In this document: piece after piece, positions 41,276-50,289 of the stretch
Layout: the number at the start of each line of letters is the position of its first letter
Position numbering within the stretch: the first letter of the stretch is position 1
NCBI GenBank assembly: GCA_035699445.1
Contig: DASSPX010000132.1
Location: 299-64,298, forward strand
Direction: 5' to 3'
From: Candidatus Limnocylindrales bacterium
GTDB lineage: Bacteria > Chloroflexota > Limnocylindria > Limnocylindrales > CSP1-4
DNA: 64,000 nt
Made by a program: the position numbers and the translations under genes
Notes under the pieces: model-generated
The model's database searches: none
Told to the model about the DNA's origin: nothing
What the model saw: only the letters and a program-made list of their open reading frames with translations

Positions 41276-42430
41276 ATGCGCCCATCCGCCGAGCGCCGGC
41301 TGGTCATCCTCGCCGAGGGCAACTTCGGCTTCCACCACGGCAAGACGGCGATGGGCGTCATCCGCTACGGGCGCGACGACATCGTCGCGGTCATCGACTC
41401 GACCCAGGCCGGCCGCAACGTCCGGGAGTGGCTGGGCGACTCGGGGCGCTTCGACATCCCGATCGTGGCCTCGATCGACGATGCGCTCGGGTTCGTGCCC
41501 CGGGCGAACGGGCTGCTCATCGGGATCGCTCCCACGGGCGGGAAGCTCCCCGATGACTGGCGGGCGGCGATCCTGACCGCGATCCGCGCCGGCCTCGACA
41601 TCCACTCGGGACTGCACACGTTTCTTGCGGACGATCCGGAGTTCGCCGAGGCGGCTGCTCGCGCGGGCGTGCGGCTGATCGACTACCGGCGCCCGCCGGA
41701 TCGCTTCGAGACCGCCGTCGGCCGGAAGCACCGTCCCGGGTCGCGAGTGATCCTCACCGTGGGCACGGACTGCGCGATCGGCAAGATGTCGGTTGCCCTG
41801 GAGCTGCGCCGGGCCGCGCTCGCCGCGGGCCGGTCGGCGAGCTTCGTCGCCACCGGCCAGACGGGGATGATGATCGAGGGCTGGGGCGTGGCCGTGGATC
41901 GGCTGATCAGCGACTTCGCCCAGGGCACGGTCGAGTGGCTGGTCGAGCAGGGCGAGGCGCGCGGCGACTGGGTGATCGTCGAGGGGCAGGGCTCGCTCGA
42001 TCACCCGGCGTACTCGTCGGTGACGCTCGCCCTGATCCACGGCGCGACGCCGCATGCGATGGTGCTCGTCCACAAGCCCGGCCTCGTGGAGCACGACTTC
42101 GATCACCTGCCCGACGCCTCGTTCCCGATCGCGTCACTGCCTCCCTTCATCGACCTGCACGAGCGCATCGCCGGCACCGTCGCACCATCACGGGTGGTTG
42201 CCGTGGCGCTCAACACGTCGCTCATCCCCGACGAGGCCGCGGCCCGCCGCGTGATCGAGGCGACGGCGGCCGAGACCGGCCTGCCCACCGACGACCCGGT
42301 GCGCTTCGGTGGCGACCGCCTGTGGGCGCAGATCGAGACACGCGTGGAGGCGCTGCCCTGGGTCCCGCCGGCGCCCGCCAGCGGGCCCGGCGAGGCCCGC
42401 ACCGAAGCCGGCGCCGAGGCACGCGCGTGA
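41276..42430 (+). CDS. DUF1611 family protein (DgcN-like putative D-glutamate N-acetyltransferase)
   Basis: 384 aa. RLVILAEGNFGFHHGKTAMGVIRY...VGTDCAIGKMSVALEL...VEGQGSLDHPAYSSVTLALIHGATP is the DUF1611 pattern. Confidence 0.85.
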   Translation: MRPSAERRLVILAEGNFGFHHGKTAMGVIRYGRDDIVAVIDSTQAGRNVREWLGDSGRFDIPIVASIDDALGFVPRANGLLIGIAPTGGKLPDDWRAAILTAIRAGLDIHSGLHTFLADDPEFAEAAARAGVRLIDYRRPPDRFETAVGRKHRPGSRVILTVGTDCAIGKMSVALELRRAALAAGRSASFVATGQTGMMIEGWGVAVDRLISDFAQGTVEWLVEQGEARGDWVIVEGQGSLDHPAYSSVTLALIHGATPHAMVLVHKPGLVEHDFDHLPDASFPIASLPPFIDLHERIAGTVAPSRVVAVALNTSLIPDEAAARRVIEATAAETGLPTDDPVRFGGDRLWAQIETRVEALPWVPPAPASGPGEARTEAGAEARA

Positions 42431-43503
42431 CGTTCACGCTTCGCGAGGAGGTCCTCGTCCTGCCGCTTCGGGACCCCTTCCGGATCGCCCGGGCGTCCCA
42501 CGGCACGGGCGCGACGTCCACGACGGTCATCGTGGAGCTTCGCGACGAGGCCGACGGGCCGGCGGGGCCGGTGGGCATCGGGGAGGGGTTTCCGGACCGC
42601 TACTACGGCGAGACGCCGTCCACGATGGCGGCCGTCCTGCCCTTCCTGGTCGAGGCGATCGGGCCCGTCGCCGCGGGCCTGCGTGGCGACGCCGACACCG
42701 CGCGCGCCGCGCTCGAGGAAGCCGACGGCCTGATGCGCGCCGCGATCAGCCACCATGGTGCCGCGAAGTGCGCCGTGGACATCGCGCTCCACGACCTCGT
42801 CGGCAAGCGGCTGGGCCTGCCGATCCGCGAGCTGCTGGGCGTGTCGGGGCCGATCCCGCCCACCGATTTCACGCTGGGCATCGACGAGCCCGCGGTCGTG
42901 GCCGAGCGCGCCCGCCGGGCCGGCGACTTCCCGGCGCTGAAGATCAAGGTCGGCGGGGCGGCGGACATGGCAACGCTCGAGGCGGTCCGCGCCGTCTATG
43001 GCGGTCCGCTCCGGGTGGACGCGAACACCGGCTGGTCGCTCGACGACGCCCGCGCCCTGCTGCCGGCTCTCACCCGCCTCGGCGTCGAGCTGATCGAGCA
43101 GCCGTTTCCTGCCCGCCGTCTCGATCTCCTGCGAACGCTCCAGGCCGAGTCGCCGCTGCCCATCGTGGCCGACGAGAGCGCGGTGACGATCGACGATCTC
43201 GACGCGCTCGCCGGTGTCGTCGACGGCGTGAACGTGAAGCTCGCGAAGTGCGGCGGCGTCGGGCCGGCGTTCCGGATGCTCACGCGGGCACGCGAGCTCG
43301 GGTTCCGGACGTTTCTCGGCTGCATGGAGGAGACGTCGGTGGGGATCGCCGCGTCGGCGGCCGTCGCCTCACTCGCCGAGTGGGTCGATCTCGACGGCAA
43401 CCTCCTCCTGGCGGACGATCCGTACGCCGGGCTCACCCTCGGCGAGGACAAGCGGTGGGCGCTCGCGGACGCGCCCGGGCTCGGCATCCACCGCGCACGC
43501 TGA
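42427..43503 (+). CDS. Enolase-superfamily dipeptide epimerase-like protein (DgcA-like)
   Basis: The GTG at 42427 overlaps the upstream stop (GTGA). AKCAVDIALHDLVGKRLG, KIKVG, RVDANTGW, IEQPF, IVADES, VNVKLAKCGG are L-Ala-D/L-Glu epimerase-type motifs. Confidence 0.9.
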   Translation: MTFTLREEVLVLPLRDPFRIARASHGTGATSTTVIVELRDEADGPAGPVGIGEGFPDRYYGETPSTMAAVLPFLVEAIGPVAAGLRGDADTARAALEEADGLMRAAISHHGAAKCAVDIALHDLVGKRLGLPIRELLGVSGPIPPTDFTLGIDEPAVVAERARRAGDFPALKIKVGGAADMATLEAVRAVYGGPLRVDANTGWSLDDARALLPALTRLGVELIEQPFPARRLDLLRTLQAESPLPIVADESAVTIDDLDALAGVVDGVNVKLAKCGGVGPAFRMLTRARELGFRTFLGCMEETSVGIAASAAVASLAEWVDLDGNLLLADDPYAGLTLGEDKRWALADAPGLGIHRAR

Positions 43504-43704
43504 CCGCCCCGACGCCGACGCGGACCTTGTCCACACGATGACCCCGGACTGTGGACGAACTGGGACGGCGGTTGGTGCAAAAGTCACTTCCGCGGCGTCG
43601 CGCGGCTGCCTACGATGTCCGCCTGCCCGGTCGCCGCATCGCCTGGGAGGGGTTTCGGCACCGGGGGTACACCGCCCAAACCGCACGCATCGACCCTTGG
43701 TGCC

Positions 43705-43741
43705 CGACCGGACTCCGCCGCCCGTCCCTGGCGGCCGGTCG
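43705..43741 (+). other. Stable two-tier hairpin with a C-rich loop in a long 5' untranslated region
   Basis: CGACCGG-ACT-CCGCC-GCCCGTCCCT-GGCGG-CCGGTCG. Both tiers are perfectly complementary. Confidence 0.4.
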
Positions 43742-43797
43742 TCGTCTTCGCCCCCGGTCGTGGGTGCCCGTGAGGCCGAGAGGAGGGATCGCAATCG

Positions 43798-44211
43798 ATG
43801 GACCGCGCCCAACCCGCCGCGCCATCCACGCCATCACCCGATGCGGAGGACTTCGTCCGGTTCTGCTACCGCCGCCGCCGCGTGGGGTGGCCGGAGCTGT
43901 ATGACGAGATGTGCCACGTGGCGACCCGCGGCGCATTCCGGGGCATGGGCCACGCGGAGCTGGCGGAGCTTGGGATCGGGTTCAGCCTGTTCGACACCCG
44001 GCAGCTCGCGGACCTGGTGACGCGCGTCGTGGCAGAGGAGCAGGCCGAGCGCGCGCGGCTGCGCGCCGGCATCCGCCTCGTTCGCCCGGCCGAGTCGGCG
44101 CCCGAACCGACGGCCGTGCCGGTGTCCCGGGTACCCGCGCCGCCCGCCGCCCCCGCCGAGGAGCCCTCGGCCACGCCACCGCTCGTGCTCGCGGTCTCCG
44201 CGGGCGCCTGA
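43798..44211 (+). CDS. Hypothetical protein
   Basis: 137 aa. GGAGGGA lies 9 nt upstream. N-terminal globular part (DFVRFCYRRRRVGWPELYDEMCHVATRGAFRGMGHAELAELG), then an Ala/Pro tail. Confidence 0.6.
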   Translation: MDRAQPAAPSTPSPDAEDFVRFCYRRRRVGWPELYDEMCHVATRGAFRGMGHAELAELGIGFSLFDTRQLADLVTRVVAEEQAERARLRAGIRLVRPAESAPEPTAVPVSRVPAPPAAPAEEPSATPPLVLAVSAGA

Positions 44212-44244
44212 CGCCCTCGTCGCGCGGGTATCCGCGCACACGGA

Positions 44245-44274
44245 GAACCCCCGCCGGGATCCCGGCGGGGGTTC
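44245..44274. terminator. Perfect 30-nt palindrome between convergent genes (bidirectional terminator)
   Basis: GAACCCCCGCCGGGA|TCCCGGCGGGGGTTC. Confidence 0.6.
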
Positions 44275-44302
44275 ATCGTTCGGCGCGGCGGAGACGGACG
44301 AC

Positions 44303-44533
44303 CTACTCGTCCCGGATCTTGCGCCTCGCCATCTCGCCCTCGATCTGGCGCTCGGCCTCGACATAGCGGTCGATTCGCTCGCGGAGCTCGTTCGCCTCGG
44401 GCGTGTACAGGTGCACCTGCTGCTGGAGGATGTAGGACAGCCGCCGGCTGGTCATCCGGACGTGGTCCAGGTTCTTCATCAGCACGAGCGGGTCCATCGC
44501 GGCGAGGTCGGCCGGGTGGTACATCTGCTTCAT
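44303..44533 (-). CDS. Small helical hypothetical protein downstream of pspA
   Basis: 76 aa with noticeably lower GC and non-shadow composition (MKQMYHPADLAAMDPLVLMKNLDHVRMTSRRLSYILQQQVHLYTPEANELRERIDRYVEAERQIEGEM). Confidence 0.6.
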   Translation of the reverse strand: MKQMYHPADLAAMDPLVLMKNLDHVRMTSRRLSYILQQQVHLYTPEANELRERIDRYVEAERQIEGEMARRKIRDE

Positions 44534-44573
44534 CGCGCGAGATGCTACCGGAACGCCCGACCCCGCCGGATGG

Positions 44574-45329
44574 TCAGCCCTGACCCGACGGGAGCGACGC
44601 CGTCTGCGGCGCGGACACCCGCGGCGAGCCCTTGAGCTCGGCCAGCCGGGCCTCGACTTCGAGCTCCTCCTCGGCGGTCTCGAGCTGGGCGAACTGGTCC
44701 TCGAGCGACGACGCCCCGACCTCCTCCATGCCTCGTGCCCGGGCCTCGATTCGCCGGATGCGCTCCTCGAAGCGGTTCAGCTCCGACGTCGGGTCGAGCA
44801 CGGACACGTTCGAGAGCGTCTCCTGCACCTGGACCTGCGCCTGCGCCATCTTCGCCCGCGCCACGAGCTCGTCGCGCTTCTGGACGAGCTCCTCGCGCTT
44901 GACGCGCAGCTTGTTCAGCCCGTCCTTGAGCCGATCGGCGAGCTCGGTCTGCGCGGCAACCTGGGTGCCGAGCGCCTTCGCCTGCTCCTCGTACGACAGC
45001 TCGCGCTTGATCGCGATCCGGGCGAGCTGATCGAACCGGTCGGCCTCGGCGGCCTGCTGCGCCCGGAGCGCGTCCGCGCGATCCGACGCGGCCTGCGCCT
45101 TCGAGCGCCACTCGGCCGCCGCCTCGGCGGCTTCACGCGCGTCGTCCTCGAGCAGCCGCAGATTGCCGACCGTCTGGGCGACCGCCTCCTCGGCGTCGGC
45201 GATGTTGTTCGTGAAGTCCCGGATCATCTGGTCGAGCATCTTTTCCGGGTCCTCGGCGCTGTCAAGCAGCGCGTTGATGTTCGCCCGGATGAGCTGGCCC
45301 ATCCGGCCGAGGATCGAGCTCTGTGCCAT
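44574..45329 (-). CDS. pspA: PspA/IM30 family protein
   Basis: ATG 45329 is preceded by GGAGGA. MAQSSILGRMGQLIRANINALLDSAEDPEKMLDQMIRD plus a long coiled coil. Confidence 0.9.
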   Translation of the reverse strand: MAQSSILGRMGQLIRANINALLDSAEDPEKMLDQMIRDFTNNIADAEEAVAQTVGNLRLLEDDAREAAEAAAEWRSKAQAASDRADALRAQQAAEADRFDQLARIAIKRELSYEEQAKALGTQVAAQTELADRLKDGLNKLRVKREELVQKRDELVARAKMAQAQVQVQETLSNVSVLDPTSELNRFEERIRRIEARARGMEEVGASSLEDQFAQLETAEEELEVEARLAELKGSPRVSAPQTASLPSGQG

Positions 45330-45404
45330 CGCCTGGTCCTCCGCTTGTCCTTGCCTCGTCCATGGTCGGGTCACCCGGCGACGCCGTCGACCCCCGATGT
45401 GTCG

Positions 45405-47564
45405 CTACCAGCGACCGCCGCGGGCATGGCCTCCGCCACCACCGAACCCGCCGAAGCCCCCGAAGCTGCCGCCGCGGCCATGACCGCCGCCTCCGCCGAA
45501 CGGTCCGGGCGGCAGCCCGAAGCCCCCGGACGAGCCGCCCGACGGGATCGTCGGGTTGCCCCAGGTCGAGCCGCCCCAGCCGGATCCGCGCCCGCCCCCC
45601 GACAGGATCCCGCCGATGATCCCGCCCAGGATCGCGCCGGCGAGATCGCCGCCCGACGTGGCGTACGGTCCGTGGCGGGGACCGCGCCGGGCATCCCAGC
45701 CGCCGAACTGCTGGGCGGCGAGACGGTACGCCTCGTCCGCGAGCATCTCCGCGCGCTTCGCCGCGGTGAGCGCGGCCCGGGGGTCGCGGTCGGCGAGCGC
45801 CTCGGCCTCGGCCAGGTGGCGCTCGGCTTCTGCGGCACGGGTCCGCGCGCGCTCGCCCACGCCATGCCGGCGGGTGGTGATGTAGTCGGTCGCCTGATCC
45901 ACGCGCGTCCGGGTCGCTGCGAGCTTCGCCTGCAGGGTGGCCGCCAGCCGGCGCTCGGCATCCTCCGCCTTCTGGACCCCGGCCAGCACGTCGTCGATCG
46001 ACTGGTCCGCGGCCTCCGCCTTCGCCAGCGCGCCGAGGGGATCGGCGTCGCCGGCGGCCGCTGCCCGCCGGGCGTCGCCGAGCAGCCGCTCCGCGATCGC
46101 CAGGCGATCGGGCAGACCCGGGTCCGTCGCTCGAAGGTCCTCGTCGAAGATCGCCCGCCTGGCGGTCGCCACGTCGGTCTCGACCTCGGCGAGCAGCGCC
46201 TCGACGCGCTGGCGGGCGGTCTCGACGTCGCCGGCGAGCCGCTCGACCGCGGCGATCAGCTCGCCCGCGCGCGCGACGCCTTCCTCGGCCCGCCGGACGG
46301 CGACGGCAGCCGCTCGCGCGTCGCTCCGGTCGACCGAGGCAAGCCCCCGCTCGGCCTCCGCCCGGCTGCCCTCGAGCGCCTTGCGCGCCTCGACGAGGTT
46401 GCCGCTCACCGGTCGCACGACGTCCGGCGCGTACGCGTGCGACAGCCGCGCCAGCGTCCCCTCCGTGGCGTCCAGGCGTTGCCGCAGCTCCTCGATCCGA
46501 GGACCGAGCGCGCGCAGCTGCTCGGGTGCGGTCCGCTCCAGGTCGCGCAGCCGGTCCAGCTCGGCGAGCTGCTCGTCGATGAGCCGTCCGGCGGCAGCGG
46601 TGCGCTCGACGATCTGGGCGAGCATCGTGCGCCGCTGGGCGGGTGTCTCGGGCTCACGGTCGTCGAGCTGCTGGCGGATCGCGAACGCGGCCCTGGCGTG
46701 ACCGGTCGCCTCGAGGATCGCCGTTCGGAACCGCGCGGCCTCGTCGGCGCCCCACTGCGCCTCCGCGAAGCCCAGCTCGTGCTCCGCGTCCCGCAGCCGC
46801 TCGTCGAGCGCGAGCAGCGCGGCGTTCGCCTCGCGCGCGAGGCGGTCGTGCTCCGCCCGATCGGCACGCTCCACCTGGCGCCGCGTCAGCACGCTGCGCA
46901 GCACGAGGAACGCGCCCGCGCCGAGGACGACGACCGCGAGGATGGGAGTGAGATCGAGACCGCCCCGGTCCGACCCGTCCGGGCCGCCGTCGGTGCCGCC
47001 ACCCGGCGCCCCGCCGTCATCGGGTCCCTCGGGCAGGCCGGGGTCCGCCGTCGGTGGGGTGGACTCGGCCGCTGCCGCCACCCCCTCCGCGGCGGCGGTC
47101 GCCGCGCCGCCCCAGTCGCCCTCGACGAGGCGCGGCTCGACCAGGTCGCCGAGGATCGCGTCGATCTCCGCATCGGTCACGCCCGCCAGGCCGTCGGCGA
47201 CCCACAGGGCGTACGTCCGGTCCTCCTCCGCGACCATGAGCAGCGCATCGTTCGTGCCCAGGCCGTTCTCGGCCGCCGTCTCGGTCGCGAACTCGACCGG
47301 ATCCTCGATGCCGGTGGTGAGGACGAAGACCGCCCACAGCTGGACGCCGTCCTCCGCGGCGATGGACGCGAGCTTTGCCTCCAGGCGCTCCTCGGCGGCG
47401 GCGTCGAACAGGTCGGCCACGTCGGTCACGACGTCGTCGAGCTCCGGCAGCGAGTTCTGGGCGCCCGCGGTGCCGACGAACATGGCGAGTGCGAGCGCCG
47501 CGGCCGGGACGGCCCGCCGCGCGCGCCGGGCGATCGGGGATGGCGCCAGCGATCGGATGGACAT
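45405..47564 (-). CDS. TPM-domain (TLP18.3/Psb32/MOLO-1-like) membrane protein with coiled-coil and Gly-rich tail
   Basis: 719 aa. Signal peptide, TPM-like block VTDVADLFDAAAEERLEAKLASIAAEDGVQLWAVFV...DALLMVAEEDR, TM LTPILAVVVLGAGAFLVL, long helical region, C-terminal GGFGGFGGGGGH. Confidence 0.8.
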   Translation of the reverse strand: MSIRSLAPSPIARRARRAVPAAALALAMFVGTAGAQNSLPELDDVVTDVADLFDAAAEERLEAKLASIAAEDGVQLWAVFVLTTGIEDPVEFATETAAENGLGTNDALLMVAEEDRTYALWVADGLAGVTDAEIDAILGDLVEPRLVEGDWGGAATAAAEGVAAAAESTPPTADPGLPEGPDDGGAPGGGTDGGPDGSDRGGLDLTPILAVVVLGAGAFLVLRSVLTRRQVERADRAEHDRLAREANAALLALDERLRDAEHELGFAEAQWGADEAARFRTAILEATGHARAAFAIRQQLDDREPETPAQRRTMLAQIVERTAAAGRLIDEQLAELDRLRDLERTAPEQLRALGPRIEELRQRLDATEGTLARLSHAYAPDVVRPVSGNLVEARKALEGSRAEAERGLASVDRSDARAAAVAVRRAEEGVARAGELIAAVERLAGDVETARQRVEALLAEVETDVATARRAIFDEDLRATDPGLPDRLAIAERLLGDARRAAAAGDADPLGALAKAEAADQSIDDVLAGVQKAEDAERRLAATLQAKLAATRTRVDQATDYITTRRHGVGERARTRAAEAERHLAEAEALADRDPRAALTAAKRAEMLADEAYRLAAQQFGGWDARRGPRHGPYATSGGDLAGAILGGIIGGILSGGGRGSGWGGSTWGNPTIPSGGSSGGFGLPPGPFGGGGGHGRGGSFGGFGGFGGGGGHARGGRW

Positions 47565-47683
47565 GGGACGACCCCATCCTACCGGCGGCCGGGGTTCGTG
47601 CCCGGTGCCGGATGGCCCGATCGGGCATCACGCCGAGGCTGCACCTCGCCCGGACCCGGACGGTTCGTGCGCCGGGGTCGAGC

Positions 47684-49099
47684 TCAGATCGCGCGCAGCC
47701 GCCTCGGTGGCCAGATCCAGTCGATCTCGACGGCGGCCCCGGCGAGCGCCCGGCGCCGTCCCGTTTCGGACGCGCCGAGGACGAGGATCGCGTCGGTCTT
47801 CGTCGCACGCCCGGCCTCGTCGCCCCACAGCCGGGTCATCTTCCGGTGTGCGACAACGTCGTCGCGGGCAACCCCGGCGAGGCGGTACCCGGCGGGCAGC
47901 GCGGCCTGCTCCCAGACCCGCTCCGCGAGCCCGGTGCCGTGCCGGATTCGCTTGCCCCGATCGGTCTCCACGTCGCCGATGACGAGCACGACCACGGCGT
48001 CGTCGGTGAGGATCCGTCGCAGGTCGGCGAGGACCTCGGCGAGGAAGGCGAGGTATGGCTCGCGGTGGTGCGCGTCGTCGAGCGCCGCGTCGATTGCCCG
48101 CGCGTCGAACCCCAGGAACCACGTCCGGAGCCAGTTGTAGTAGCCGTACTTCACGACCCGCAGGTACGGCGGGCTCGTGACGACGAGCCGGGCGCGATCG
48201 GGCAGCGCGCGATCGCGCAGCGCGGCCCGGATCCGGGCGGACGCATCGCGCGCGTCGCCCAGCAGCGCGACACCGCTCCCCGACGGTGGCGGCTGGCGGA
48301 ACAGGCGATCCAGCTTCGCCGCCAGGCCGGCGAACAGGTCGCGCTCGGGGCTGGCAAACGCGGTCCGGCGAGCGAACTCGCGCACGTAGCGCGGTGCCAT
48401 GGAGAACGTGTTCGGCATGAGCGGGGAGAGGTAGCTCGCGGACTTGCCGTGGAGGATGCCGGTGATCGCAGCAGCGAGGAACCGGTCGGTGCGGTCGTCG
48501 AGGTCGAGTGAGGACCGGACGGCGAGCAGCTGACCGAGCGTGCGGGGATGGAACGCGAGCGCGACCTCGCGGGGGAGCGGCTCGCCCGGGTCGCCGCCGG
48601 AGGCCGACGCGCCGGAGGCCGACGCGCCGGATCCGCGCAGCGGCACGAGCACCCCAGGATCGGCCTCCGCCGCAGCGGCCAGGGCCGTCCAGGTCGCCGC
48701 GTCGGCGGACCAGGCGAGCTGCAGGCGGGTCAGCCGCGCCGTCGCGGCCGCGCGGGTGGGCGGATCCACCTTCGCCGCGGTCAGCAGGTGCGCGAATGGG
48801 TTGAGGTCGTTCCCGACGCCGATCCGGCCCTCGGCGGCGGCCTGGAGGGGCGTCGTCCCGCGACCCGAGAACGGATCCAGGACGATGTCGCCCGGCCGGC
48901 TGTAGCGGGCGATGAACGCGTGCGCGAGCGCGGCCGGAAAGCTCGCGAGATACGAGCACATCGGGTGGAAGCTGTGGCCCCATAGCCGCGGCTGGGCCTT
49001 CCATTCCGGGGCAATCGCGATCCCGGGCAGGCTGACGGGCAGCTCGAGCGCGAGCTGCGCCGACGCCGACGTCCCCCGTCGCTGGCTCGGACCGGCCAT
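47684..49099 (-). CDS. Putative DNA (N4-cytosine/N6-adenine type) methyltransferase, no adjacent restriction gene
   Basis: AdoMet motif DIVLDPFSGRGTTPLQAA lies near the N-terminus and catalytic motif VVTSPPY about 250 aa later. Start is either ATG 49099 or the track start 49165. Confidence 0.75.
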   Translation of the reverse strand: MAGPSQRRGTSASAQLALELPVSLPGIAIAPEWKAQPRLWGHSFHPMCSYLASFPAALAHAFIARYSRPGDIVLDPFSGRGTTPLQAAAEGRIGVGNDLNPFAHLLTAAKVDPPTRAAATARLTRLQLAWSADAATWTALAAAAEADPGVLVPLRGSGASASGASASGGDPGEPLPREVALAFHPRTLGQLLAVRSSLDLDDRTDRFLAAAITGILHGKSASYLSPLMPNTFSMAPRYVREFARRTAFASPERDLFAGLAAKLDRLFRQPPPSGSGVALLGDARDASARIRAALRDRALPDRARLVVTSPPYLRVVKYGYYNWLRTWFLGFDARAIDAALDDAHHREPYLAFLAEVLADLRRILTDDAVVVLVIGDVETDRGKRIRHGTGLAERVWEQAALPAGYRLAGVARDDVVAHRKMTRLWGDEAGRATKTDAILVLGASETGRRRALAGAAVEIDWIWPPRRLRAI

Positions 49100-49394
49100 G
49101 CGGTTGGTGGCCTCCCTCGGTCTCCGCGAACTCCCGGCTCCGCGGGGCGCGGCAGCGTAGCACACCCCATCGGGCCCGCGACCGCCGTTCGGACCCGCAG
49201 GATGTGACCGAAGGACTGGGCGGATGGCGGCGGGGGGAGTAGGCTACCGACCCAGAGTCCGAGGCACGCGGAACCCCGGGCAGCCGGGGCCCCGTCCCCT
49301 CCAACCGCGTCTGACGCGAAGGGACATCCCGGACTCGACGGCGCCCGCCGCGCGGCGATCGCTCCTGCGGCGGGCCGTTCCATGTCCGGACCCG

Positions 49395-50141
49395 TCAGAC
49401 GGGCGGCTCGACCTCGTGCGGCTCGCCGATCTCGGAGAACCGGTACGTGATGTCCATGAACATCGGGACCGTGCGACCGGAGGCCAGCGTCGCGGTGCCG
49501 TCCAGCTGGTAGCGGGCCTCGACCGGCGTGCCGACGCCGTCGACGTAGACGTCGAACGTCTGGGCGCGCACGTGGATGTCCTCCACCTCGGCGCTCAGCG
49601 AGCGCGGGTCCAGCACGTCGACGTTCGCCAGCTGGAGATGGTGGACGGTGGCGCCCGCCCTGCGCACCGTGCCCCGGTATCGCACGTCCTCGGCGGCGAG
49701 GAGCTCGGCCATCGGATCGAAGTCCTCCTCCAGCTCGGTCCGCTCGACGCTCGTCCACGCGCCGTGGTCGATGCGGACCCAGGCCGTGTCGTCCACGACA
49801 ACGAGGTCCATCCGGAGCGTGAACAGGTTGAAGTCGAGGCTCATCGACATCTCCGCGTCGTCACCGGACGCGTCGATCGCCCCGTCGATGTGCCCATCCA
49901 CGGGCCGCACCGAGAGCCGGCCCTCGATGTCGAGGTGGTACGTGCGCGCCTCGTCCTCCGCGAACGCCCGCAGGCCGTCCATGAGCGCCGTGGGGTCGAC
50001 GGCGGGGCTCACGCTCGGTGATGGGGTCGCCGGAGTGGGGGTGGTCGCGGCGGGCGTCGCCGCCGGCGCGGGCGAACAGGCGGTGAGCGCGAGGGCCAGC
50101 GCGAGCGAGCCGGCGGCGACCGTCCGGAGGCGTCTGGCCAT
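49395..50141 (-). CDS. Putative lipoprotein
   Basis: ATG 50141. MARRLRTVAAGSLALALALTACS lipobox plus a Pro/Thr/Ala linker, about 248 aa. The track ORF 49395..50825 is over-extended. Confidence 0.7.
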   Translation of the reverse strand: MARRLRTVAAGSLALALALTACSPAPAATPAATTPTPATPSPSVSPAVDPTALMDGLRAFAEDEARTYHLDIEGRLSVRPVDGHIDGAIDASGDDAEMSMSLDFNLFTLRMDLVVVDDTAWVRIDHGAWTSVERTELEEDFDPMAELLAAEDVRYRGTVRRAGATVHHLQLANVDVLDPRSLSAEVEDIHVRAQTFDVYVDGVGTPVEARYQLDGTATLASGRTVPMFMDITYRFSEIGEPHEVEPPV

Positions 50142-50289
50142 ACGGCGCACTGTAGGGTCCGGGCCGGTGGGCGCCATCGCGCGATGGTCCCACGCCCGAT
50201 TCGGGACGCCGGTCCCGCGCGTGCCGGGACGGTCCTGATCGATCGTGATAGCCGGGCGGGACGAATCACGCCCGAAGGAGGGTCGAGTG

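Noticed and set aside
43504-43797. Known riboswitch (for example a ZTP/pfl-like CGCCTGGG element) or 6C-type RNA in the long leader
   Set aside because: Only short fragments resemble those consensus sequences. The required upstream sub-domain (GGGUCGUGACUGGCG / GGUGGA) is absent and the downstream gene has no link to purine metabolism. Two C-rich loops as in 6C RNA are not convincingly present.
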